Translations under genes and position numbers: made by a program
Shown here: one piece after another, positions 1 through 8,718 of the stretch
Layout of the letters: each line of letters begins with the position of its first letter
How positions within the stretch are numbered: the stretch's first letter is position 1
From: an uncultured bacterium
GTDB taxonomy: Bacteria > Auribacterota > Auribacteria > Auribacterales > Auribacteraceae
Direction of reading: 5' to 3'
NCBI GenBank assembly: GCA_964451165.1
Contig: CAYVGJ010000006.1
Span: 1-25,273 of the forward strand
DNA length: 25,273 bases
Notes under the pieces: model-generated
The model's database searches: none
Seen by the model: only the letters and a program-made list of their open reading frames with translations
What the model was told of the DNA's origin: nothing

Positions 1-9
1 AATTAAGAA

Positions 10-83
10 TACGCCTGGCAGGGCTCGAACCTGCGACCTTTAGATTCGAAGTCTATCGCTCTATCCAACTGAGCTACAGGCGC
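10..83 (-). tRNA. tRNA-Arg (anticodon UCG), no encoded CCA
   Basis: Minus-strand read: GCGCCTG-TA-GCTC-AGTTGGATA-GAGC-G-ATAGA-CTTCGAA-TCTAA-AGGTC-GCAGG-TTCGAGC-CCTGC-CAGGCGT-A. There is a 7-bp acceptor stem with a G1-U72 wobble, a D-arm with A20 (an Arg identity element), a 7-nt anticodon loop C-U-UCG-A-A, a T-arm GCAGG/CCTGC with a TTCGAGC loop, and discriminator A. Confidence 0.85.
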
Positions 84-105
84 ATTTTAATTCCAAATCA
101 GTTTA

Positions 106-1704
106 TCAGCATCCGAAAACATTCTTTATATCAGGATGTAAACCATCAGCATACTTGCCGATCGTTTCACGCCTGATTTTATTCAAAGCATTTTGCCGTT
201 CTTCAAATTCCTGATGTGAATATAGTTTTTCAGGATGCATATAGATTGAATCGACTTCCCTAACTGCCTTAGGTACCTGAAATCCGGTTATGCTGTCTAT
301 CCAGTGGCTTTCAAGACCGCCTCTGATTAGTGAATCCAAAATATTCATTGTATGACGTAATGAAATATCATGATAATGTTGTCCTTCACCAATTCCGCCG
401 GTATTTAGTAAATAACAGTTAATATGCGGTAACCCTCTTAAAATTTCATAAAACAAATTAGCATGATCGGTTCTGCTTCCCGCAATAAATGGATCGTAGA
501 AAAATTCGTTTCTGATTTTTCCGGCTTGAGTAGGGTCTCCGGCGGATGATTCCATCGATTGACCCAGCACCATCAAAGCCGCCGCTTGCGCGTGACTGAC
601 TTTAGAAATCGCAGGGATAATTTGTCCGCGGGTAATTAAAACAATATTGTCTACATGATCGACATCTATACAAGAACTGGCATGCATGAAATCGCGTCGT
701 AATATTACAGCACGTCCGTTAGAAGTTTTTTCAACATTAAAGAAATCGAAATCACCGTCAGGTTTAACAAAAATATTTTCACATAAAGTATCCGGTTTTA
801 ATAATCCATAGTATGTTTCCAACTGATCACCAGGATTCAAACTTTCTGTTTTTACAAAAATACCACCGGCTTCAAATCCATGAAAAGACCCTGACGGCAT
901 CAAAGTACCGCCATCATCCTGTACCAGCCAGGATTTTTCTTCGCCTTTTCTTGCCAATATTTTACATGTCGTGGATGTTTTTCCGTTCGCGCTTAACGCG
1001 ATTAAAAGGGTTCTTACTGTCTGATAATCTCCATCAACATTCTGTAGATAATCTTCACGGCATCCCGCATGAAGGAAGATTCCGCCTTTTCTGGTTTTCG
1101 CGTTCCAGTTTTCCGATGCGAAAACACCTTTTTTGAATTCACCTATATACATGCTGTTGCGAACAACTTTTACCACTCTTCCATCAGGAAGCATCGCTAA
1201 TCGGATAGTAATATCTTTTTGTGGAAGAGGTTTATTTCTGTTCTCCTCGAATTTTTCATCGACAAACATAATTATTTCATAATTCGGTTTATCGACTTTA
1301 ACTTTTGGCAGAGCAAAAATATTACCGCCACCATATGCTATATGAGCGAATCTTTCCGGCAATGTTAGTCTGGCGTAAACACCGCTGTCAGGATCTCCGA
1401 CGACTCTATCTATACTGATAAGTTTTTCTTTACCCAGAATTTGTTCGCATTTGTTCAATAAATCTATTTCTTCCTGTCCAAATTCATCGTCGACACTGTT
1501 TTTTGTGTGTTTGGCTGCTCTCGATGTCGGTTCGCTTTCAGCTACTAAGTTACCGTATTTTGTTTTTATTACCCCTTCTTCTTTCTCTGTCAATATTCTA
1601 ATCTGTTCAGGTGTATTGGATAAATCAATCCTATTTTCTTTTAAAGCTTTTTCACGAATATTCTGAGCAGTTTTTATAAATAAATTTAGATCGAAACCAG
1701 CCAT
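106..1704 (-). CDS. pckA: Phosphoenolpyruvate carboxykinase (ATP-type family)
   Basis: The ORF is 532 aa. There is a mid-protein P-loop ALSANGKTSTT...VQDDGGTLMP (compare PckA GLSGTGKTTLS...DDEHGW), and a C-terminal LLNTGGIGEG (compare PckA LVNTGWNGTG). The length is typical. An AAGGAG SD lies 10 nt upstream of the ATG. Confidence 0.8.
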   Translation of the reverse strand: MAGFDLNLFIKTAQNIREKALKENRIDLSNTPEQIRILTEKEEGVIKTKYGNLVAESEPTSRAAKHTKNSVDDEFGQEEIDLLNKCEQILGKEKLISIDRVVGDPDSGVYARLTLPERFAHIAYGGGNIFALPKVKVDKPNYEIIMFVDEKFEENRNKPLPQKDITIRLAMLPDGRVVKVVRNSMYIGEFKKGVFASENWNAKTRKGGIFLHAGCREDYLQNVDGDYQTVRTLLIALSANGKTSTTCKILARKGEEKSWLVQDDGGTLMPSGSFHGFEAGGIFVKTESLNPGDQLETYYGLLKPDTLCENIFVKPDGDFDFFNVEKTSNGRAVILRRDFMHASSCIDVDHVDNIVLITRGQIIPAISKVSHAQAAALMVLGQSMESSAGDPTQAGKIRNEFFYDPFIAGSRTDHANLFYEILRGLPHINCYLLNTGGIGEGQHYHDISLRHTMNILDSLIRGGLESHWIDSITGFQVPKAVREVDSIYMHPEKLYSHQEFEERQNALNKIRRETIGKYADGLHPDIKNVFGC

Positions 1705-1771
1705 TCTATAATTTCTCCTTGTCTCAGTTTGAAATTAGCGTCCGAAATAGATTTAATTGGAACCAGCCATC

Positions 1772-1800
1772 ATTTTATCAAGTTAAACATAAAACTTCAA
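1772..1800 (-). promoter_or_regulatory. Candidate sigma70-like promoter for pckA (TTGAAG-17nt-TAAAAT on the minus strand)
   Basis: The reverse complement of 1795-1800 is TTGAAG, and the reverse complement of 1772-1777 is TAAAAT, with a 17-nt spacer. This lies about 65 nt upstream of the pckA ATG (1704), which has an AAGGAG SD 10 nt upstream. The background is AT-rich, so a chance match is plausible. Confidence 0.25.
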
Positions 1801-1951
1801 GACCGATTTAAATATTAATATTAATTTAATTTTTTCAGGTTACAACAAAAATTAATCAAAAAATATTTTAGTTAAAAAAAAATAATGGGAATTGTGGTTT
1901 TATTAACCGGCTAATTGCAAAAATACTGATTAGTATAATATAATTCATATT

Positions 1952-2914
1952 TTATTTTTTAAATGAGTTTAAAATTGAGATTATTTTATCTGCAGGTGAT
2001 ATAATCCATTTCGGGAAAAAGCTTAATATAAAATAGCATATCATTTTATCGTATTTCTTTAGGTGAAATATATATCTTTGGCAAAATCTGCGTACCTTCA
2101 GATAATCTCCTGAATGATGAAAAGCTCTTATCTGTTCGGATATCAGTTTGGTATTGGTTGTTGTTTCTATATCAAACTTAAGAATTTCAGCAGGATCGAA
2201 AGATTCGTAACTATCTGTTCCACTGGAAATTCTTTCATGATAAAATTCCCTTGCTTTTTCTCTGAATAGAAATTGCTGTGCTCTTTTCTGAAACGATATA
2301 GCTGTTTTTTGTATTCTGTATTTAATAAGATATTCCGGAATCACTGATATTTTTTTTGTTTCAGTTATCAAACGTAAATATAAATCATAATCCTGGGCGA
2401 ATATGAATTTGTCTCTATACTGAATCCCCTGTCTATTTTTAAAAAAAATTGATGAATGGGTTAACTGGTTATTCTTAATGATAAGATTCTTCAACTCATC
2501 TTCAGTTGTAGATGGTAAGAACCGGGAAATCTCTTTTCCAATTTCATCTATATATATTACTCCACATCCCATAAGCGAACAGTCGTGAGATTCCATGAAA
2601 TCAAATTGTTTTTGCAGGCGTTTAGGGAGCGAAACATCGTTTGCGTCCTGGCGCGCGATATACTTGCCTTGAGCTAAAGACAACCCTTTATTTAATGAGC
2701 GGGTTAATCCGAGATTTGTTTGGTTGATTATGATACGTATCCGTCTGTCTGTGATACTGTTTATTATTTCGCTCGTTTTCTGGTTCGAACCGTCGTTTAT
2801 TATTATAAACTCAAGATTAGTTAAACTTTGTGAAAGAATACAATCAATCGATTCCTCAAGATACAGCTCATCGTTATAAACACACATTAAAACAGAAACC
2901 AGAGGCGTATTCAT
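1952..2914 (-). CDS. Glycosyltransferase family 2
   Basis: N-terminal VSVLMCVYNDELYLEESIDCILSQSLTNLEFIIINDGS (GT-A fold, DxD-type). There is a 4-nt gap to the upstream methyltransferase stop, so the two are translationally coupled. Confidence 0.8.
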   Translation of the reverse strand: MNTPLVSVLMCVYNDELYLEESIDCILSQSLTNLEFIIINDGSNQKTSEIINSITDRRIRIIINQTNLGLTRSLNKGLSLAQGKYIARQDANDVSLPKRLQKQFDFMESHDCSLMGCGVIYIDEIGKEISRFLPSTTEDELKNLIIKNNQLTHSSIFFKNRQGIQYRDKFIFAQDYDLYLRLITETKKISVIPEYLIKYRIQKTAISFQKRAQQFLFREKAREFYHERISSGTDSYESFDPAEILKFDIETTTNTKLISEQIRAFHHSGDYLKVRRFCQRYIFHLKKYDKMICYFILSFFPKWIISPADKIISILNSFKK

Positions 2915-2918
2915 AAGT

Positions 2919-3695
2919 TTATTGCCGGAAAGATAACAGCAGATATTTCAGCGATTCAATCAAATCCACTCTTCGTAAAAGATATTTTGACCACAATCTG
3001 TACGCTGTTATTTTTCCTTTTTCAAATCTATGCTTGTTTTCAACTAAAAAATGGTTAATCTTATCATCGAATTCTTTTAGCTGTGGTTGCGAATCACAAC
3101 AGGCAAACGCGAAATATGGGCAGACTTCGTTGTAAATCCGATATATTTTCACAAACTCAAAAGAATTTTTTAGGGATTCATAAAGTTTTAGTTCAGTATA
3201 CATATACAAATGGTATTTATTCCATTTAAGAAACACAGGAATTAACGAATCTCTTTCAACAAGCGGAGTTGTACCGAACAAAACCCCGTTTTTCTTTAAA
3301 TGTTGTTTCATACCATTTATGTATTTTAGCCCATCTTCACGTTTTAAGTGTTCTATGGAATCTAACGCCAGAGCTATATCATAATTTTTTTGTTCCAGCT
3401 CAATTTTTGTGGCATCCATAGTTAAAAATTTGCATTTTTCCGTATTATATTTCAATTGGGGCATTGGAGCAGCAAGATCAAACCCGGTAACACAATCCGC
3501 GATAGGAACAATATAGCTGACTGTTCCCCACCCTGTTCCACAACAGGTATCTAAAACCTTTTTACCTTCGCAGAATTTCCGGCTGAGCTGATATCTTTCT
3601 ATAAGCAGTTTTGTCCATGGATCTCTCTTCCATGTTTCAGATACCGGATCGAGTCGTCCCACATAATCCTTATTTGACATTGTATGTCCCTTCAA
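2919..3695 (-). CDS. Class I SAM-dependent methyltransferase
   Basis: SAM motif I VLDTCCGTGWGT followed by acidic motif II/III spacing (FDLA...MDAT...LDSIEH). Overlaps the radical SAM gene by 26 nt. Confidence 0.7.
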   Translation of the reverse strand: MKGHTMSNKDYVGRLDPVSETWKRDPWTKLLIERYQLSRKFCEGKKVLDTCCGTGWGTVSYIVPIADCVTGFDLAAPMPQLKYNTEKCKFLTMDATKIELEQKNYDIALALDSIEHLKREDGLKYINGMKQHLKKNGVLFGTTPLVERDSLIPVFLKWNKYHLYMYTELKLYESLKNSFEFVKIYRIYNEVCPYFAFACCDSQPQLKEFDDKINHFLVENKHRFEKGKITAYRLWSKYLLRRVDLIESLKYLLLSFRQ

Positions 3696-4785
3696 CGAGC
3701 GGCCTGTTTGTTATTAGTTTTGACAAATACCATTTCAGAACAAAGAAAGGCGAATTTGTTACGCTCGGATATATATCGGAATCCCCGCATAATCCATTCG
3801 GATACATACAATCACAATTTTTAATCTCTTTTAATATTTTTGGAGATATACTGTTCCATATATCACTGAAACATTTTTCCCTGATATTGCCAATAATTCT
3901 ATCATTACTTAACTTGAAATTACACGGGAATACATTTCCCTCCGGATCAATGTGAACAATCTGCTGACCGGCAAAACACGGCATTTTTCGTTTATTGATA
4001 ATATGATCGTATAGGCAAGCAAGAGTTATGTTTCTTGGCAGGAAAAATATGCTTGCGAGTTTTCCTAATATATTGTCAGGCAGTACCTTTTCTTCCCTGC
4101 AATATTTGTCGAGAACTTTATCCATTCCGGGTTCCCAGAAAACCAGATCTTTATCCGTTACATCAAACCGATCGTTCATAACGGTCCAGCAAATATAAGC
4201 TTTGGACCCTTTTTTGCGAGCAAATTCTCTAACCCATTCGAAATAGTTGACATTATCTTTACAGAAAGTGAAACTAAATTCACAGTGTACTAAATCTTTG
4301 AGCCTGTCATATGTTTCCAATGCTTTTTCATATGCTCCTTCAATTCCACGTGTTTTATCATGCACTTCTTTTGGACCATTCAAACTTATGCCTACAAGCC
4401 TGAATTGAATATCCGGATTATCTTTCAGGATTTTTTTAAATACCCTTTCTTCAACATCAGGGCTCATGCCATGAGTTGTAATTCCAAACGTTGCTTGGGG
4501 TATATTCTTATGGAGAGTTGAAATTAACTCTGGTAAATCAGGCCTTAATGTGGGTTCTCCACCGCTCAATGTAATATACTGAACATGTTTAAAATATGGA
4601 GATTTAGAGAATTTATCAATTTCTTGAATCGAGAGGTCATTCAAACCTGCGGTTTTGTCTTTCCAAATAGAACAAGTTATGCATCTTGAATTGCATTTCC
4701 ATGTAGTCGTGAATCGTAAACCGATAATTTTGTCTCTCATTCCAAACTGATGTTTCAACCAGTTACAATAACGTCTTCCTATCAT
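3670..4785 (-). CDS. Radical SAM enzyme with C-terminal SPASM/twitch-like Cys cluster
   Basis: CNSRCITC (CxxxCxxC) at residues 31-38; a GGEPTL glycine-rich SAM motif; C-terminal CFAGQQIVHIDPEGNVFPC...GNIREKCFSDIW...CDCMYPNGLCGD. AAGGAA SD 6 nt upstream of the ATG at 4785. Overlaps the flippase gene by 23 nt. Confidence 0.75.
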   Translation of the reverse strand: MIGRRYCNWLKHQFGMRDKIIGLRFTTTWKCNSRCITCSIWKDKTAGLNDLSIQEIDKFSKSPYFKHVQYITLSGGEPTLRPDLPELISTLHKNIPQATFGITTHGMSPDVEERVFKKILKDNPDIQFRLVGISLNGPKEVHDKTRGIEGAYEKALETYDRLKDLVHCEFSFTFCKDNVNYFEWVREFARKKGSKAYICWTVMNDRFDVTDKDLVFWEPGMDKVLDKYCREEKVLPDNILGKLASIFFLPRNITLACLYDHIINKRKMPCFAGQQIVHIDPEGNVFPCNFKLSNDRIIGNIREKCFSDIWNSISPKILKEIKNCDCMYPNGLCGDSDIYPSVTNSPFFVLKWYLSKLITNRPLVEGTYNVK

Positions 4786-6055
4786 TTTTTAATTCCTTAC
4801 TTCTAATGTTAAGTTTTTTGAAATATATGAAATTCGACAATGATATACAAATAGAATGAACTATCAATGTTGCCAGAAAAACACCAACAAAACCATAATA
4901 CTTTATTAAAACCAAATCCAGTATAATATTACTTAATCCTCCCAAAAAAGTCAAAACAGAAAGTATTTTAGCGTATCCTGACGGAGTGATAAATGCATTT
5001 GCCGTAAAACTCCCCCAAATTTTTAAAGGAAGAAGAAAAGATAATATTTTTAATATCTGTATGAATGATTCATCGTTATACTTTGAACCCCATTGGTTTA
5101 AGATTACAATAAAAAAAATGTAAATTAAAATTGCCGTAACAATCGATAACGGCAACCCGTATATTGCCGATAACCTGAACTTTTCGCGCAATTTATTGTA
5201 TTCCTTCATAGAACTCCATCTGGATGCGTCAGGCGCGATTGTCTGCCCTAATATTATTGAGGGCATTAATATGAAATTAAATATATTGTCAATAATTCCA
5301 TAATACCCGATCTCTACCATATAACCGAATTTTTCCATAATAAGGATGTCTATTCTGGTATACATGAAATAAGATACATTCGCGATACCTATGTACATAG
5401 CGTATTTCGCAATTTTTCTCATAACATCGGAATTGAATCCACGTGTAGATATCGGAGCGGAAAAAAGAAGCCCGATTAAATATATAAACTGAATTGCCGC
5501 AACAGATAATACAGCCCCGAATAGTTTATATTTCATTATCAGTATAAAAGATATACCGATAGCGAAACCGCACGCATATATATTTCTGAAAAAAAGGTCT
5601 TTGAATTTTTTCTTACCCCGATAAATTCCATCTAATAACGATATAAAAGGTGTGATATAAAGATTTGGAATAAGAACCAGAATATATTTGTAATAATTAT
5701 GGAATAATTTCGAGCCGAAAATTATTATAAATAGCGAGCTGATAGTTGCCAGTATAATAATTATTACTGAAGCCGACCCGAATACCTTTTTCTCATTATC
5801 GGATTGCAGAGCAGAATATTCAGCGGTATATTTTGAAGCGGACGCTGAGATTCCAAAATCACAAACTATTATAAAAAGCATCATTATCGACGATATATAT
5901 GTTATAATACCGTATTCAACTGAAGTCAAATAAGATAAGGAAATCAGAAGGATACTTATCGATAAAACACTTTTTAATAATGTTTGCGATGATCTCCAAA
6001 AAAAATTTTTAAACAAAATCTTATTTTTATTAAAAAAGTACAATAATTTTTTCAT
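4763..6055 (-). CDS. Polysaccharide biosynthesis protein / oligosaccharide flippase (MOP superfamily, Wzx-like)
   Basis: 430 aa, about 12 predicted TM helices, extremely AT-rich (about 25-32% GC in counted windows), and positioned inside the glycosyltransferase cluster. Confidence 0.65.
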   Translation of the reverse strand: MKKLLYFFNKNKILFKNFFWRSSQTLLKSVLSISILLISLSYLTSVEYGIITYISSIMMLFIIVCDFGISASASKYTAEYSALQSDNEKKVFGSASVIIIILATISSLFIIIFGSKLFHNYYKYILVLIPNLYITPFISLLDGIYRGKKKFKDLFFRNIYACGFAIGISFILIMKYKLFGAVLSVAAIQFIYLIGLLFSAPISTRGFNSDVMRKIAKYAMYIGIANVSYFMYTRIDILIMEKFGYMVEIGYYGIIDNIFNFILMPSIILGQTIAPDASRWSSMKEYNKLREKFRLSAIYGLPLSIVTAILIYIFFIVILNQWGSKYNDESFIQILKILSFLLPLKIWGSFTANAFITPSGYAKILSVLTFLGGLSNIILDLVLIKYYGFVGVFLATLIVHSICISLSNFIYFKKLNIRSKELKNDRKTLL

Positions 6056-6126
6056 TTAAATATTTTATGTTATTAATTATCATTTCAATATTATAAAACT
6101 ATAAAATTCATAAGTAGAGATAATTT

Positions 6127-7062
6127 ATGCCGAAATATAATCCGAAAGTAAGTGTTATAATACCTTCATATAACAGAGCTCACATAATTTTAAACTGTCT
6201 CGAAAGTGTTTGTTCCCAAACATACAGTAATTTAGAAATAATAATTGTCGATGACGGTTCAAAAGACAATACATCCGATGTCGTATCCCAATATAAAGAT
6301 TCAAGGATTATATATGTAAAACACGAAAAAAATCAAGGTCTTCCTTCTGCAAGAAATACGGGAATAAAAACGTCTTGTGGAGAAATATTAGCTTTTCAGG
6401 ATACCGATGATTTATGGATGCCGACCAAAATTGAGGAAACCGTTAATGTTTTTGGTGAATCAAGCTCTGATGTAGGCGTTGTTTACGCCGCATCAATAAG
6501 GTATCGAAACAACAAAAAAACTTATCTGCCGGCTTCTTATATAAAACCAAAAGAAGGAGACGTTTTTAAAAGGCTTTTGCTCGGTAATTTTATACCGGCT
6601 ATATCTGCTTGTGTCAGAAGAGAATGTTTTGATCAAGTAGGCATTTTTGATCCATCTCTTCCGAGTTTGGAAGACTGGGAAATGTGGATTCGACTTGCTA
6701 AAAAATACAAATTCAGATTTATCGAAGAACCTTTACAGACAATATATTATACAAAGGACAGTTTAACGGCTAATGTCAGTAATTTTCTTAATGCAGAAAA
6801 ACTTATTTTAAAGAAACATTATAGCGATTTCGCTAAAAATCCTCCGGTTCTTGCTAAACGTTATGCGCAAATTGGTATTTATAACATGTTGTCAGGAAAT
6901 AATAAACAATGCCGTGAATACTTTTATAAAGCTCATGCAGCATGCCAAAACAAATACATCTATAAAACACTTTATTGGTTGTCTGCTTTTCCTGGATTAG
7001 TTTTTATAAAAGCATGTTTTTTGTTCTATATGAATATAAAAAGAATATTAAACAAGTTGTAG
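6127..7062 (+). CDS. Glycosyltransferase family 2
   Basis: VSVIIPSYNRAHIILNCLESVCSQTYSNLEIIIVDDGSKDNT, followed by a DTDD motif (FQDTDDLW). Divergent from the flippase, with a 71-nt AT-rich spacer. Confidence 0.8.
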   Translation: MPKYNPKVSVIIPSYNRAHIILNCLESVCSQTYSNLEIIIVDDGSKDNTSDVVSQYKDSRIIYVKHEKNQGLPSARNTGIKTSCGEILAFQDTDDLWMPTKIEETVNVFGESSSDVGVVYAASIRYRNNKKTYLPASYIKPKEGDVFKRLLLGNFIPAISACVRRECFDQVGIFDPSLPSLEDWEMWIRLAKKYKFRFIEEPLQTIYYTKDSLTANVSNFLNAEKLILKKHYSDFAKNPPVLAKRYAQIGIYNMLSGNNKQCREYFYKAHAACQNKYIYKTLYWLSAFPGLVFIKACFLFYMNIKRILNKL

Positions 7063-7088
7063 ATAATTTAAAACATAAGGAGAAATAA

Positions 7089-7871
7089 ATGATATGCCCG
7101 CTATGCTCGAGATCCACCGAAAAGTTATTTTATAAAACCGATGATTTAATCTTGTATAAATGTTCATGCGGTTTTGTTTTTCACAACCAACAAACAGAAT
7201 ATAACGATCAATACAGTATTGAATTCGCCAAAACACGGAAATTTATGTATCCGGATAGAGCCGAATGTCTTAGAGATATAGTTCAGCGGATTCGCAAATA
7301 TAAACCCGCGGGAAACCTTCTTGATATAGGATGTGGAGACGGGCATTTTTTAAGTTATGCAAAAGATTATTATGATATTTCCGGAATAGAACCTTCATAT
7401 GATTTATCAGTTCACGCTTCGAAAATACTGAGTATTCCTGTTGTGCATGGTTATTATCCGGCTGACTTAAAAAATACTCAAAAAAGCGATATCATAACAA
7501 TGATCCAGGTTATGGAACATATCCCTAACCCTGTTAAGATATTGGAACATATCTACAATAACTTGAGTCAAGGCGGTTTAGTTGTTATAGAAATACCATC
7601 AATTTCCGCGCCGCATTTTTTATTATATCGCTTAACCGGTATAAAACGATTTGTGAATAATCCATATGGTATAATAAAAAATCATGTCGGATATTATTCA
7701 CCAAAAAGATTTTTATCTCTCATGAACTCCATTGGATTTAAAAAAATTGAATTAACAACCGGACGATGGCAAGTTAAATACAAAGGTACATTGAAATCAA
7801 TCGCAAAAATAATTGATCCGGTTTTCAATATGCTGAGAATAGGTGGAATTCTTTATATCGGAACCAAGTAA
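7089..7871 (+). CDS. Class I SAM-dependent methyltransferase with N-terminal C4 zinc ribbon
   Basis: CPLCSRS...YKCSCGFVF zinc ribbon, then LLDIGCGDGHFLSY (motif I) and VIEIPS (post II). AAGGAG SD 7 nt upstream of the ATG. Confidence 0.7.
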   Translation: MICPLCSRSTEKLFYKTDDLILYKCSCGFVFHNQQTEYNDQYSIEFAKTRKFMYPDRAECLRDIVQRIRKYKPAGNLLDIGCGDGHFLSYAKDYYDISGIEPSYDLSVHASKILSIPVVHGYYPADLKNTQKSDIITMIQVMEHIPNPVKILEHIYNNLSQGGLVVIEIPSISAPHFLLYRLTGIKRFVNNPYGIIKNHVGYYSPKRFLSLMNSIGFKKIELTTGRWQVKYKGTLKSIAKIIDPVFNMLRIGGILYIGTK

Positions 7872-7893
7872 TTATAATTAAGATAAGAAATTC

Positions 7894-8703
7894 TTATACA
7901 GATAGATACTTATGCGGAAGGTTATTTGAAATTATACTCAAAAGTTCCTCGTGTATGGTTGTATTTGATGAGATAAGAGTTCGCCCAAATAAATAATCGT
8001 TTCCACCGCCAAAATCAGTTACGGTTCCTCCGGCTTCTTTTAGAATTATGGCTCCCGCCGCGGCATCCCATGGTTGAAGCCCGTATTCGAAATAAGCGTC
8101 GAGCCTTCCGCAGGCAACGTAAGCAAGATCGACCGCCGCCGCTCCCGCTCTGCGTATATCATGGCAGTTGCGAAGCAACTTGTTGGCACAATCCATATAC
8201 CTGTCAAGAAGATCATAACTCCTGAACGGAAATCCGGTGGCAATCATTGCTTCTTTCAATTTCAAACAACCGGAAACTCTGATCCGATTGCCATTAAGGT
8301 AAGCGCCTTCTTCTTTTTGCGCGTAAAACAACTCATTAAGAGCAGGATTATATATAACTCCGCATAGATGATCATTTCCCAAACATAATCCGATTGAAAC
8401 ACAATATATCGGGAACCGGTGAATAAAATTGCTTGTTCCATCGATAGGATCAATAATCCAGTAAGGTTTATCCGGAGAAATTTTTGAGATACCGCCTTCT
8501 TCAGCAATTATACCGAAATCCGGAAAATCACCCTTCAGGATAGAAATTATTATTTTTTCCGATTCGGTGTCATAATTGGTAACTAAATCATTTAAATTCT
8601 TTTCTTCAATATCAATATTTCGTTGCGAATTCTGATATTCAAGCAACAAATTTCCGGCGGTTTTCGCCGCTTTTATAGCAGTATCAAGAGGTGAATTATT
8701 CAT
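7894..8703 (-). CDS. suhB: Inositol monophosphatase family protein (SuhB/IMPase)
   Basis: WIIDPIDGTSNFIHRFP (DPIDGT metal-binding motif), QPWDAAAGAIIL (WD-x-AAG motif), 269 aa. Confidence 0.8.
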   Translation of the reverse strand: MNNSPLDTAIKAAKTAGNLLLEYQNSQRNIDIEEKNLNDLVTNYDTESEKIIISILKGDFPDFGIIAEEGGISKISPDKPYWIIDPIDGTSNFIHRFPIYCVSIGLCLGNDHLCGVIYNPALNELFYAQKEEGAYLNGNRIRVSGCLKLKEAMIATGFPFRSYDLLDRYMDCANKLLRNCHDIRRAGAAAVDLAYVACGRLDAYFEYGLQPWDAAAGAIILKEAGGTVTDFGGGNDYLFGRTLISSNTTIHEELLSIISNNLPHKYLSV

Positions 8704-8718
8704 TTATTTCCGTAGGAT

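Noticed and set aside
813-1666. Plus-strand ORFs 813..1136 and 1451..1666
   Set aside because: They lie entirely antisense within the well-supported pckA reading frame and have no SD or recognisable motifs. They are typical shadow ORFs.
1870-1947. 25-aa hydrophobic minus-strand ORF (MNYIILISIFAISRLIKPQFPLFFFN) just after the GT2 stop
   Set aside because: It lies in a poly-A/T intergenic region with no SD. Its composition is what AT-rich non-coding DNA yields by chance.
3611-3955. Plus-strand 114-aa ORF spanning the methyltransferase/radical SAM junction
   Set aside because: It is antisense to two motif-supported genes and has a low-complexity translation.
1952-7871. RiPP precursor peptide adjacent to the radical SAM/SPASM gene
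   Set aside because: I could not identify a short Cys/Ser/Thr-rich ORF with an SD in the cluster by eye. This is not excluded, because ORFs under 60 aa are not in the supplied track; I have listed it as a check, not a feature.
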